Notes: generated by a model not told the origin, from the sequence alone. Positions 51,073 to 62,010 are shown, numbered from the stretch's first letter. The stretch is DNA of 64,000 nt from Nitrosopumilus sp. (GCA_965218785.1 OZ244650.1:1056001-1120000), one strand, 5' to 3'. Numbers and translations are program-made.

Positions 51073-51423
51073 ATGAATTTCAAGGAGTTTTGGAGGTTGT
51101 TATGTATGGAACTTGCACATAAACAGGAATTCACTACCATAAAACAACACAAGAAATTCTCGGCGGGTCTGGTACATGACAAACGGGGAACACCATATGT
51201 CTATGTAATTCCTGGGAGTGGTAGTCAAAGAAGTGTATGGCGCCGGGAGTTTGAGGGAGTATGGAACAATGCCAAGCAATATGATCGTGATACATGGTTT
51301 CTAAACAAGGGATCGTTACTAGAATCATATGAGAGAGAAGGTGGTGGACTGGGCAGAACAATCAACTTGTCTTATATCGTTGAACTGATTCGATACATAG
51401 TACAGGATCAAGACAGGGAGTAA
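51073..51423 (+). CDS. Hypothetical protein
   Basis: 116-aa ORF. Confidence 0.65.
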   Translation: MNFKEFWRLLCMELAHKQEFTTIKQHKKFSAGLVHDKRGTPYVYVIPGSGSQRSVWRREFEGVWNNAKQYDRDTWFLNKGSLLESYEREGGGLGRTINLSYIVELIRYIVQDQDRE

Positions 51424-51535
51424 ACGGGTTTAGTTTCAGACATATCGTACTATCATGATTAACAGTTAAACCAGGTCTAATAACGATCAAAAGCTCATGA
51501 GGGCAGTCAGACCAGATATTTTTCAACATGATAAA

Positions 51536-52987
51536 TCAAATGATTTTGTTTAATTCCTTTAATGAATGGATAATTGTACAGTCATATCTTTTATCCAATC
51601 GCAGTTGTCTGGCCAGACTGGCAAGTGTTTTTTCAGTTACAACAATATCACAGCTCGCAATTCCTCCGGCCAGATAATAAATATCTGTAAAATTCTTTGT
51701 ACTTGATTCTCCTTGATGTCCCCTGCCTCGTTCATCTCTAAAACGAAAGGAAAATTTGTTACAGGACATGTCTTTTAGAAATTTTTCCATTTCTTCCTTG
51801 TCTTGTGGAAGAACCCTTTTTTTTGTTTCTTCATCAGATCCAACCAGTAATGTCGGAAGATAAGGGCAGATTATATCATAAATGTAATGGGCCAGATTCT
51901 GATTGTAACACCTGCTTTTGTCTGATTCTGGTTTTTCAAGTCGATTCTGTTCTACATTTTTAACAGCCTTGTAAAATGACTTTCTATCTTCTTGAAACCA
52001 TTCGGACATTTTATCATCTTTTAAAAATCTGATCATGTTTTCAGGTTTACCTGCTGCATCTTTTATTTTTTGAATTAGTTGATCCGGGACATCGGCCACG
52101 TTTTTACTCCAAACCATCTCCGTCTCATCACCCACAATATGCACCAGTCCCTGAGAGAGAATATTGGATTTTATGTCACAGACAGATGCCTTTCTGGGCA
52201 TGTGCAGGATGGCATTTACAATTTCATATGGAATATCATAATTGTAACGATGTAAAACATACTCTTTTGAAGTCTTCATAATAAAATTAATTAATTTATT
52301 TCTGTTTGGCCCGTGTCGGTTCATCATGGTATACTTCAAGTGTGTAATTGAAGTCTGGAAGATCACTTTACGGTATCTGGATAGTTTGATAATTTTTTGA
52401 TAAATTTTTACTAGTTCAGGATCTGGATTTTTTTCTAGTCCATGGTGTAACCGTGATAGATAAATCCATTCTTTTGTATCAAGATAGATTCGTTTTTGTT
52501 CCGGGTACTTTGTTATCTTTGAAGGCTTGCCTTTAGTTTTATTCCAGATCGGTTTTAATTTTTTAATTAATTCATATTCAACTTTAAACCGATTCCTTGT
52601 TTCAAAAAAGTATAATTGTATTTTCTTTCCAGACTTTATCATTTGAAGAATATTAGAATTAATCCTGCAGTTAGTGGGTTGCCCTCCTTGAAAACAATTT
52701 TTTGGGGAGATGTTTCCATACCCCATACCAAATCTTTTTTGAAAATCGTCACATTCCCCCACATATGGAATATTCCCATTAATGTAAATGACGTATGCCC
52801 CTGATCTTTGTGCATAATATTTGTCAACACTGAATTTACAGAAAGGTCCTTTTCCATACCTGTTTAGAGGAAGATTTTTTTTGTTTTCATATCTTTTTTG
52901 AGGTAGAAATTCCTTAGGATTTCCATCTGAATTAGATTTGAGGGTAATTTCACAAACATATTCAAAATGCCAATTATTGATAATCAT
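51536..52987 (-). CDS. GIY-YIG nuclease fused to a PIN-like domain
   Basis: SGAYVIY...YVGE....KRF, E..LI...P.WN; then IYLDTKEW...S..H and D...LA...CDIVVTEK. Confidence 0.7.
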   Translation of the reverse strand: MIINNWHFEYVCEITLKSNSDGNPKEFLPQKRYENKKNLPLNRYGKGPFCKFSVDKYYAQRSGAYVIYINGNIPYVGECDDFQKRFGMGYGNISPKNCFQGGQPTNCRINSNILQMIKSGKKIQLYFFETRNRFKVEYELIKKLKPIWNKTKGKPSKITKYPEQKRIYLDTKEWIYLSRLHHGLEKNPDPELVKIYQKIIKLSRYRKVIFQTSITHLKYTMMNRHGPNRNKLINFIMKTSKEYVLHRYNYDIPYEIVNAILHMPRKASVCDIKSNILSQGLVHIVGDETEMVWSKNVADVPDQLIQKIKDAAGKPENMIRFLKDDKMSEWFQEDRKSFYKAVKNVEQNRLEKPESDKSRCYNQNLAHYIYDIICPYLPTLLVGSDEETKKRVLPQDKEEMEKFLKDMSCNKFSFRFRDERGRGHQGESSTKNFTDIYYLAGGIASCDIVVTEKTLASLARQLRLDKRYDCTIIHSLKELNKII

Positions 52988-53229
52988 TTAAAATCACTTT
53001 TCTTTTGATCAATGCCATGTAATTTTTTTTGATGGAATTCACATAAAATCTCAAGATTATCTTCACCATCAGTTCCACCTGCACCAAGTGGAAGAATATG
53101 ATGTAAAGTAAGATTCTCAGTAGTTCCGCATGTTGCACATTTGCCTCCTGCAGCCTTGATTATTGCACGCTTGCTGGGTTTTTTCCTATTTGTCATTAGT
53201 CCCAGTATGAATTCCAAACTTTTATTCAT
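52984..53229 (-). CDS. HNH endonuclease
   Basis: CATCG...HHILPLGAGG...NLEILC..H...H. Confidence 0.88.
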   Translation of the reverse strand: MNKSLEFILGLMTNRKKPSKRAIIKAAGGKCATCGTTENLTLHHILPLGAGGTDGEDNLEILCEFHQKKLHGIDQKKSDFK

Positions 53230-53622
53230 TTTTTTCTGATTTTAATTGGCCATAGGTAAAGAAATAATGTATTTGGAATACATATCATCTTTTCTTTGTA
53301 GTGATACGTAAATATTTGAGAATAATTTTATCAAACCAAAAAATGTAAGATGCCCTTGGGGATTTTTATGAATTTACGAGCAACACACCAGATACAAAAC
53401 ACCAATAAGAAAGAACAGGGTAGAATTTTGCTGGAGATTTACATGTTTTTCATGTTGCAATTAGATAACGGTATGGAGATCCTTGGCTTTTTTGACTGTA
53501 ATAATCTGAGGAGTTGATTAAATTTGAATCAATTATGCCCAGTCTCAATTATATGTGATTATCAGGAGAATCCACAAACATACTTTTCATATAGTACATA
53601 CTGGTAAAAAGAATGAACAGAA

Positions 53623-55866
53623 ATGACGGATACCTATGATCTTCACCATTCATTTGATGCCAAATTGGCAAGAAACATCGGAGAACAGTCAGTTTCATCC
53701 AATATCCAAGCAGTAATAGAATTGATCAAAAATTCTTTTGATGCTGACGCACTAAACTGCAAAGTCCATTTCTATGCAGATTCACAACGTGGTAATCATA
53801 TCAAGATGTCCAAGATCGTCATAGAGGATAATGGATTTGGTATGACGTTTGAGGATTTTGAGGAAAAGTGGATGAGGGTTGCCACATCCCACAAGGAGCG
53901 TGAGACCTATTCGCCTATTTTGCAAAGAAGGGTATCAGGAGAAAAGGGAATGGGTCGTTTTGCATCACAAAGACTGGGCAACGTGGTAAAAATAATTTCA
54001 AATCCCGAAGATTATGGGAATAGAAGAAAAACAGCCTACTCTTACAACACATTGGAACTTACAATAGATTGGAACAAGTATGTTACAGGAAAGGATTTTG
54101 AAAAGATTGACAACAGGCTGAGAATTCTGGATCAGAGGGAAGAGAACAGCGGTGTAAAAATTGAAATAATTGATCTGAAGGATCAATGGGATCTGGACGA
54201 CATAGATGCCATCGTAGTTAATGCAGGCACACTCGTATCCCCAAAAGTTCTGAAGGAGTCAGATGAGAATGCTTTTGATGTGGAAATCATACCCCATGGA
54301 TTCACACCATGGAGAACCAAGATAGAGAGTGTGATTGAAAAATACGCACCATGGCAGATCAATGCCCAGATTATCGGAAGTAAGGTAAACTATCAGATTT
54401 TCCACAGGGAGAAATCAGAGGATGAAAGAAGACCCGTAGTCAACATCAGCAAGAGAGCCAAGGGCAGAAATGATCTTCCTGTGGGAAGCAAGACATGCGG
54501 CAATGCAAAAATCGAATTGCTGGTTTATGAAGATCGTCCGGGCGCATGGGCACCAAGGTCGGTTCAAAAGTTCAAGGAATTGCAGGATCAGTTGACAGAA
54601 AATTGTGGAATAAAGATCTTCAACGACGGGATCAGAATTATGCCATATGGAAAGAAAGGAAATGACTGGGCGGGTTTGGATAAGAGGTACATAACCAAAG
54701 CTTCGGGACCGGAGGGAACCAAGGTGAGGAATCGAAACATCATCGGTTATGTGTTTTTTACCAGAAAAAACAATCCCGAGATCAAGGAGACAACAACGAG
54801 GGAGGGATTGGTGGAAAATTTTGAATTCAAGTTTCTTAAGGAACGGCTGCTGATTGACATTCTCAAGGAGTTTGAAATCTACAGAAAAGAGTGGGAAAAT
54901 GCAGAAAAGGCCAAAAAACCAAAGAGCATACATGCCGCACAGGCAGAGTCCACCATCACGCAGCTGACTGATTTTGTAGAAAATCTAGACATACCAAGAT
55001 CAGAAAAGAATGAAATTGGAAAACTTGCAAAAGAAACCACAAAACACGTAGAAAGACAGGAAGAGGAGAAAAAGAAGGTGGTTGCAAAGGTCACTTCAAA
55101 TCTGGAGATGTACAGAAACCTCGCATCTCTGGGAATCTCGGCACTGGCATTCCACCATGAAATCAGGCAGGCCATAGGTAGAATCAGCCAGAGACAAAAC
55201 AAGCTTATTGAGAAATGGGATGTGTGGGAGGATGAAAAGAAGCGGGACTACATTTCAAAAACAATTTCCGATATTGATACTGTGATTGATTTTAATTCAT
55301 ACATCAGGGAATTTGCAACCTTGTTCAGGGGGTTAAAGGGGACCAAGAAATCGAGGGAGGAAATCCGTTTTACAGACTCCATCGATAGATTTGTGGAAGG
55401 ATTCCAGGATATATTGGAGGAATACGGGATAGAGATTGAGATTATCACCGGATCGGGAAGATTAACCAATCTTTACATGAACAGGGCATCATGGGAATCA
55501 ATCATGATTAATCTGATAGGTAATTCCATCAAGGCCCTTGGAAATGTACAGAGGAGGAAAAAATTCATCAGGGTACTTTTTGAAAAGACCGCAGACAGTT
55601 TGAAGATAGAGGTCAGGGACAACGGTTCCGGCATACAGGAATCCAACTTTGAAAGGGTGTTTGATCCGTTATGGACCACATACAGAACGGCCGGTGATTC
55701 AGGAACGGGAATGGGAACCACGATTGTCAGGGAAATCGTCGAGGATGATTATGGCGGGGCCGTCAGGATAAAATCAAGCAAGTATGAAAAGGAGCATCCC
55801 GGAAATGGGGAGACTGCCATACAGATAGTAATTCCATTGGAAAAATTAAGGGGGGAACAGACATGA
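53623..55866 (+). CDS. MORC-like GHKL ATPase fused to a histidine kinase
   Basis: ELIKNSFDADA, DNGFGM, GEKGMGRF; H box FHHEIR, NLIGNS, DNGSG, FDP, GTGMG. Confidence 0.88.
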   Translation: MTDTYDLHHSFDAKLARNIGEQSVSSNIQAVIELIKNSFDADALNCKVHFYADSQRGNHIKMSKIVIEDNGFGMTFEDFEEKWMRVATSHKERETYSPILQRRVSGEKGMGRFASQRLGNVVKIISNPEDYGNRRKTAYSYNTLELTIDWNKYVTGKDFEKIDNRLRILDQREENSGVKIEIIDLKDQWDLDDIDAIVVNAGTLVSPKVLKESDENAFDVEIIPHGFTPWRTKIESVIEKYAPWQINAQIIGSKVNYQIFHREKSEDERRPVVNISKRAKGRNDLPVGSKTCGNAKIELLVYEDRPGAWAPRSVQKFKELQDQLTENCGIKIFNDGIRIMPYGKKGNDWAGLDKRYITKASGPEGTKVRNRNIIGYVFFTRKNNPEIKETTTREGLVENFEFKFLKERLLIDILKEFEIYRKEWENAEKAKKPKSIHAAQAESTITQLTDFVENLDIPRSEKNEIGKLAKETTKHVERQEEEKKKVVAKVTSNLEMYRNLASLGISALAFHHEIRQAIGRISQRQNKLIEKWDVWEDEKKRDYISKTISDIDTVIDFNSYIREFATLFRGLKGTKKSREEIRFTDSIDRFVEGFQDILEEYGIEIEIITGSGRLTNLYMNRASWESIMINLIGNSIKALGNVQRRKKFIRVLFEKTADSLKIEVRDNGSGIQESNFERVFDPLWTTYRTAGDSGTGMGTTIVREIVEDDYGGAVRIKSSKYEKEHPGNGETAIQIVIPLEKLRGEQT

Positions 55867-56483
55867 CGGAAAAGCCAAAACTCCTACTGTTTGATGATGA
55901 TGAAAAGACTGCAGACTTGATTATTGACTCGTTAGAGGATGATTTTGAAGTTACATGGATTCACAAACAGGATGAGCTAGAAGAGACAATCAGCGACAGG
56001 TTTGATGTGATTGTCACGGATGTTTCCATCAAGGATTCTGATAAAACAGGGTACGAACTAATCGATGGTTTTAGAAGGAACATCAGAATCATCAGGATAC
56101 CAATCGTGGTCTATTCTGCCAAAGTAAACATTTTAGATATTGCAAAGGAACAAGGCAAGTCGTTCTTTGCCTATGTTGACAAGGGAGAGAGGGGGATGGG
56201 AGACGAGCTTCTTGACAAATGTCGCGAGGCGGTAAAGCAGAAGAGGAACATGGTAAGCTGGAACGGTTTCCGCGGATATTTTGATAAAATCGGAAAGACG
56301 GATGCAAATCTGGATCCGGACGATGTTGGAAAGCTCGGATTTCACGGAATTTTTGATGTCAACACGGTCAGAGATCTTCTTGAGCAGCTGAAAAAGGAGG
56401 ATCTTGATCAGGATTTATGGTCAATTCTTGACGGGTTGATTTGGGATTTGTATGATAAATTTTCCAACAAAGCACAAGATTAG
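55863..56483 (+). CDS. Response regulator receiver-domain protein
   Basis: LLFDDD, VIVTDV, VYSA, VDK; ATGA overlap with the kinase. Confidence 0.85.
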   Translation: MTEKPKLLLFDDDEKTADLIIDSLEDDFEVTWIHKQDELEETISDRFDVIVTDVSIKDSDKTGYELIDGFRRNIRIIRIPIVVYSAKVNILDIAKEQGKSFFAYVDKGERGMGDELLDKCREAVKQKRNMVSWNGFRGYFDKIGKTDANLDPDDVGKLGFHGIFDVNTVRDLLEQLKKEDLDQDLWSILDGLIWDLYDKFSNKAQD

Positions 56484-56959
56484 AAGGTGATCACATGTAA
56501 ATAAAAAATGAAATTCAGAGGGTACAGGAAATACCACATCTGGAAAAAAGACGGGTTCCAAGAAAAAACAAACAAAATCATCAGAGCAAAAAAGGTGAAA
56601 TCTAGGACATATGTGAGAATCGACAAGACATGTAATTTCTCCAGACATGGTAACGATCAAAAATTCATTGGGTCAGCATCTGAACCCCATTCAGATGTTT
56701 TTCAACATTCAGACAGAATTGCACCGTTCGAAAATATTTGTAAATCATATGTCATGTCAGACATGGATGTATGATGTTTATAGACCAGCAACGCCTGCTT
56801 TGTCAGATATCTGCATTTCTCCACTTCTTTCAAGTAAGAGGACAGTTCTCATATTGTTTTAGGACAGGGATATATTCGCAGTTTCTGGTTTGATAAAATT
56901 GATCTCAAAACATTTACGTGTCACCATATGATTGCAGATTCTGGAATTACATTACGTTC

Positions 56960-57018
56960 TTGTCTGCAGCTACAAGACGACGTAGGTTCTCCGTATACTC
57001 TTGCAGATGATTTTCATG
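56960..57018. repeat. Dispersed repeat, copy 2
   Basis: Shares the 18-mer TTGCAGATGATTTTCATG with 50970-51027. Confidence 0.7.
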
Positions 57019-57058
57019 GATCTGAATATTGACAATGCTTATATCATTATTTTGTTAG

Positions 57059-57502
57059 ATGGATGTCATGTGCATGTTAGGTAGTGAAATATTTGAGATT
57101 GGCAGGTGTTATTTGTCAAAAGATGTACGAAAAATATCTTTTGTTCATTTGTATCATGGAATAAGCTGGGACAAATATGAAACAGTGGTTTTGATTGCTA
57201 CATCTAATTCAAAATATCCAAACAGTTATGATCCTAAATCAAACCAATATTGTTACTATGGGGCAATATCAATCAAAAAGAATAAGGATGTACGTATGAA
57301 TTATGTCATCCGTGATTCCAAGAATGAAGGTTACAAAATGTATCTTTTTTGGCAGTTTGCAAAAGGCAGATATGAGTTTATCGGACAGGTAAAACTGCAT
57401 AGTTGTTCAAATGATCAAATGGATCACAATGATGATAAATACGATGTCTACAAATTCATATTAGAACCTGTACTAGACTGCAAACCAAAATTTTGTGATT
57501 AG
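57059..57502 (+). CDS. Stand-alone SRA/YDG-like (modified-base-reading) domain protein
   Basis: GI...VVLI....KYPNSY...YCYYG...N..I.......MYLF......YEFIGQV pattern typical of SRA domains in McrA-like nucleases. Confidence 0.6.
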   Translation: MDVMCMLGSEIFEIGRCYLSKDVRKISFVHLYHGISWDKYETVVLIATSNSKYPNSYDPKSNQYCYYGAISIKKNKDVRMNYVIRDSKNEGYKMYLFWQFAKGRYEFIGQVKLHSCSNDQMDHNDDKYDVYKFILEPVLDCKPKFCD

Positions 57503-57617
57503 CACAAAAATGAACAGTTAGATATTCTCATATCCATATTATCTATCAGGTAATTAAGTGGACCGAAAACCAAAAAAGATCAGGGGTTAATGGTGAATGA
57601 TGGATAATCAACGAATT

Positions 57618-58859
57618 TTATTTCAAGAACACAGATCCGGGTCTGCTGACATGACTTGCCAAACGAGATTGAATATCAATCAGAGTTTCATATGTTAGAC
57701 AGAAAATAGGCTCGGTTAATTCATCATCAATGTTATGCGATGTGACACTTCCCAAATCAAAAACTATGTGTGACATCTCATCATCAAAGTTTACATACGG
57801 AATTGCGTACAAATCATCTTTCTTTATGCACATATCGTCAATTGAAATTTTACCTGAAAGTACGACCCCAGGAACAATTCTCAAGGTTCGCCATTTCTTT
57901 TGGGCATAATCGCACATTGCGTTAACTATCAAATAAATCATTTTATGATCAGGCAGATTTTTCTTATAGTCGCCCTTCAGGCATTGGTCAACAAATTTTT
58001 GATAATTAAAACTGGAATTAGGAATATCTTTGTAAATATTTCCAGGTAAAGGATTCACGGATGTCTTGGTTGTGAACAAAAGTTGAGTGTTTATTTTTGC
58101 TTTTGTCTCATTATCTTTAATTTGTCCTCCAGTTCGAATTATCCCTGAAGTTTTTCCTCCAAAATTCATATCTCTTACTCCGTTGTACACTTTTGTTAAA
58201 AATGTGGCAGTTACCATAGCTAAGGCGTTATCAATTACAGCTTTCCCATCAATGGAAGAAAGTTGTTTGCCGGTTCTTGCTTCTGCAAGTGCTTTGAAAA
58301 GTTCTGCCATGTTTTTATTCCAATCACCATTACAGGGGATTAGATTTGTAAGTTCGAAGCTTGTTTCAATAGAAGCATCATGCAATATATTTTCCCAATC
58401 CCCTAACAAGTTAACCATCTCCACATTTTGAAGGGATGATTTAACACGGTTCATAATTGATTGAATATCATACGAACCATTTATTTTGAAATCTGTTTTC
58501 TCCAACATGATTACTTGTGCATCAAAGTCGGTTTCAATGAGTCTTTTTGTATCATCAAATAATTTTGATTCTGCAGTCCATACAACTACAACAAAGGGTC
58601 TATTTTTAGTATCAACTATTTTCTCCAGAGTTACTTTTGCATTTCCAGGGTGATTTTTCACATCCAGTCCGGGAACTAATTCTAAATCTAAAAACACTAG
58701 TCGCACTCCCTTAATTGGAGTATCTGGCAATTCAGCATCATCAAAACTTTGAAAGATGTGAACCGAACTCTCTAAAATTGACAAAGACTGTGCAAGGGGA
58801 ACAATGTCATCAGATTCATCATCAATAATGACTATTTTACCATTTTTTGGAAGATTCAT
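57618..58859 (-). CDS. Receiver-domain protein with a large C-terminal domain
   Basis: VIIDDE, LVFLDL, VVWT, LEK; C-terminal CDYAQ and SRPG. Confidence 0.8.
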   Translation of the reverse strand: MNLPKNGKIVIIDDESDDIVPLAQSLSILESSVHIFQSFDDAELPDTPIKGVRLVFLDLELVPGLDVKNHPGNAKVTLEKIVDTKNRPFVVVVWTAESKLFDDTKRLIETDFDAQVIMLEKTDFKINGSYDIQSIMNRVKSSLQNVEMVNLLGDWENILHDASIETSFELTNLIPCNGDWNKNMAELFKALAEARTGKQLSSIDGKAVIDNALAMVTATFLTKVYNGVRDMNFGGKTSGIIRTGGQIKDNETKAKINTQLLFTTKTSVNPLPGNIYKDIPNSSFNYQKFVDQCLKGDYKKNLPDHKMIYLIVNAMCDYAQKKWRTLRIVPGVVLSGKISIDDMCIKKDDLYAIPYVNFDDEMSHIVFDLGSVTSHNIDDELTEPIFCLTYETLIDIQSRLASHVSRPGSVFLK

Positions 58860-60961
58860 TTCTTTTTCTTTTTCCTAAAACATAAGGCAACTATCGCACC
58901 GTCTTGGAATTCTTTAGGAAGTGAAAAGTCCCCCCAATCTGGGAATCGGATCTCACCTTTTTGCAACTCCATAACCTCTTTGGCCAAATGTAACCCCAAA
59001 CCAGTTCCAAAAGGTTTTGTACCGATATAAGGAGAAACCATCTGTTGACTGGTTATATTTGAAAAACCGGTCCCGTTATCAGCTATGACAATTGAAAGAT
59101 ATCCCTCCATCTCATCAGATATGGAGACAAAAATTTTCTTGTCTGATCCGCCTTTTTGATCTAGCCAGTATACTGAATTATCCAGAATGTTGATTATTGT
59201 AGTAACAGTGTGCCCATCATAGGAATCTACTTTATCTTCAACAGGAAAATCCCGATATTTCTTTACAGGTGTTATTTCATGTTTGTTCAATCTATTTTCC
59301 AGGATGTCAAAAGCATTATTGATCAAGTTTTTCAATGAATTGTTTTTGATCGATGATTTTTTCACTAGGAAAATATATCCTCGAATTGTTTTTTCAAGAT
59401 TATCAACCAGTTTTAATAGTTTTTTGTCAACCGGGTTAATTTCCACTGTTGCTTTCAATTCTTTAACAATTTTTTCTACCTGATGAACGACCGTATTGAA
59501 TACAAGACCGGTATTGGAGCTTTTGAGAAGAAGGTCATTAACCTGCATGTATTCAGTCTTAATTTTCATCAGTTTTTTCAACAATTTTTTTTGCAATTCT
59601 GTTTCGACTACACCGATTGTAATGGTGTCAGATAAATCATCAATAGAATAAATTACAGGCTCAGTTCTTCTGGAAGGTCCATAAACTGATCGTAATCTAT
59701 CTTTATCAGGCGCTCTAAGTTTTTCAATGATTTCCATCACATATGAGATTACAGCCTTAAATTGCCCATATGCCTCATTTTCTATGAATCCTTCTCTGTT
59801 TGTTTTTTCCGCAAGACTTTGACTTTTGTCAGCATCCACAGAAACAGATCCAAGAATTATGTTATTGCTTATTTTTTGCCCTGGAAAATTGATGCGTTTT
59901 TCATCCAAACCAAGCCAGTCATTTCCTTTTTCCCCATAATCAAACACTCGCACACCATCACGGTAAACTCTGATTCCGCCATTTTCATTGAGGTATTTTT
60001 TAAATCCTGATTTATCTTCCAAACCCAAGGAAAGAATTTTTGAATCTCTATCAAAAATCAATGCACGTATTCTCACCGGACCTATGTCAAAATTAGATAA
60101 ATCTACAGGATGTAATACTCCCAAGTTGTCTTGCGATTTCAATTTTAGCAGGGTTTTAAGATGTGGATCATCAATGGTAATTGTCCTACATTCAATCCCC
60201 TTCATAGATTCCCAAGGAGTAAATCTGTATGTGAATTTTTGAATTTCATTTCCTTCAAACAAACATTCCACATCAAACAGGGCAGCATTCTTCAATTTGT
60301 CTAAGGTAAGTAAGCCTTCTAACCAATCATCTCTATCTATATTGTATTCAATGTCAAATTTTTCTGGAGCGTCAAAGGGGGAAAGCAACGAAGTCCAAGA
60401 TCTGTATGCAACTCGAAATTGGGATTTAATCCAAGGTTTTCGAAAATTTGAAATTATGATTTGGGTTCCAGTTTCATCTCCTACGAATACTTCGGGATCC
60501 TTTACATCAACAGATATCGGAAAATCTTCAAGATATCGTGTTTGTTTCAATCGAGTCCAATCAATATTAAGATGAATTTCTTGGCTGTCTTTTTTTCTTG
60601 TGATTAATTCAATATTGTTACCCATTTTATGAGCTGCAAATCTACCAATTCCTTTTTGACCTAAAACCCTCCTGCCAAGATGGGGGGAAAACTTGTTTTC
60701 TTCAAGAGTTTTATAGTCCGTTCCAGGTTCAAGCCAAACATTTTCAACAATATCAAGATCCATTCCGTTTCCGTAATCTTTTACAATTATTTTGCCTTCT
60801 TCTTTACTGTCTAATTTGAATAGTGAGATTTCCACTTTCTTTGCATCTGCATCATAAGAATTCTTAATCAATTCTAAAAGAGCTATCCCTTCATTTTTGA
60901 TTAGTTGTTCCCCTAGTTGAACAAGCAGTCTAGCTTTGGGTTTGAACGTATGGGTTTTCAA
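58856..60961 (-). CDS. MORC-like GHKL ATPase fused to a histidine kinase
   Basis: ELIKNSYDADA, DYGNGM, GQKGIGRF, NREG; H box VVHQ, NILDNS, DNGTG, GTGLGL. Confidence 0.88.
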   Translation of the reverse strand: MKTHTFKPKARLLVQLGEQLIKNEGIALLELIKNSYDADAKKVEISLFKLDSKEEGKIIVKDYGNGMDLDIVENVWLEPGTDYKTLEENKFSPHLGRRVLGQKGIGRFAAHKMGNNIELITRKKDSQEIHLNIDWTRLKQTRYLEDFPISVDVKDPEVFVGDETGTQIIISNFRKPWIKSQFRVAYRSWTSLLSPFDAPEKFDIEYNIDRDDWLEGLLTLDKLKNAALFDVECLFEGNEIQKFTYRFTPWESMKGIECRTITIDDPHLKTLLKLKSQDNLGVLHPVDLSNFDIGPVRIRALIFDRDSKILSLGLEDKSGFKKYLNENGGIRVYRDGVRVFDYGEKGNDWLGLDEKRINFPGQKISNNIILGSVSVDADKSQSLAEKTNREGFIENEAYGQFKAVISYVMEIIEKLRAPDKDRLRSVYGPSRRTEPVIYSIDDLSDTITIGVVETELQKKLLKKLMKIKTEYMQVNDLLLKSSNTGLVFNTVVHQVEKIVKELKATVEINPVDKKLLKLVDNLEKTIRGYIFLVKKSSIKNNSLKNLINNAFDILENRLNKHEITPVKKYRDFPVEDKVDSYDGHTVTTIINILDNSVYWLDQKGGSDKKIFVSISDEMEGYLSIVIADNGTGFSNITSQQMVSPYIGTKPFGTGLGLHLAKEVMELQKGEIRFPDWGDFSLPKEFQDGAIVALCFRKKKKK

Positions 60962-61659
60962 TACAGGATATTTCTGTATGTACCAATAAAACTTTCCCTA
61001 TCAAAACTTATCAACATGATATAATCCGTAAACAATGAACATGAATTGTCAGACAAATTTCCAAAAACAGGCTCAATTAGAAGTGTTCAAAAGATTAAGT
61101 TCAAGAAATCCATAAATTTTTCATAATATGAAAATCAATCAGATTCATGAAAAAAGACAGACACAGTGGAATCTGGTATGAAGCTAAAAAAGAAGGAAAT
61201 AAGACAGATTCATGATTCCCCCAAGTATGGCAAAGTACAAAGATCTGGACTAGTCTTTGTGAGGTTATTGGATGGAACAAGCAAGGAAAAAATTTGAAAC
61301 TTTTTGAATAGCTAGTTCAATTCATGATACGGCTTTGCATCAAATGCGTTAAGAGCATAAGAATTCTTTGCGTTGTCCGTGATTATAATTCAGCCTCTTC
61401 CAAAAAATGATGTGTGTGATAAAGATGTACTGTCATGACATCATCCTGTGGTTTATCTTTAGATCGTACGTATTGTAATGAAATTTTAATTTGAATGCAG
61501 TACCAGTGTCTGGAAAAAAGATCGGCCGATCTTTTGCATGTATCAATAATGATGTCAAGATTCAAGTTTTATTAGCAGTCTAGTATATTCATTTAATCAT
61601 ATTATCTTGTTTTTTGAATCATTACAATATTATTTTGTGGTAGCGTCGATTGTCTCACC

Positions 61660-62010
61660 ATGGCTTTTACAACATCCAAATAAGAGGAACAACACCAAGA
61701 TGAAAAAGATACCTTCAGATACCCATTACAAACAAGAAAGACATCCCAAGAAGTATGACAATCCAGACTTTGTGTATAGGAGTAAAAAATTTTAATCTAC
61801 AGTGATAGAATTTCTGGCACGTATGCACATACGATGAGAAAAAGATTCATGTGAAAAATTCGAGTGAGGTGATTGAAAATAACATGGGATGAGATAAAAA
61901 ATACAGGAAAACGGAGATGTGAAATGTGGTCAGTGTTAAGAATTCAAGAGCAGAATATTGAAAAGAATTCAAAAAAACACATAAGAAAAATTAAATACAG
62001 AAAAAGATGA
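61660..62010 (+). pseudogene. vsr: Decayed Vsr (very short patch repair endonuclease)
   Basis: Ordered fragments in shifting frames: QIRGT, RHPKKYDNPDFVY, KILIYSD, FWH, IENNMG*DK, WSVLRIQEQNI. Confidence 0.72.

Noticed and set aside
56508-56862. Short ORFs after receiver 1, and similar fragments at 11640-11890, 43410-43730 and 61030-61570
   Set aside because: No recognisable motifs; probably decayed gene fragments that I cannot assign.
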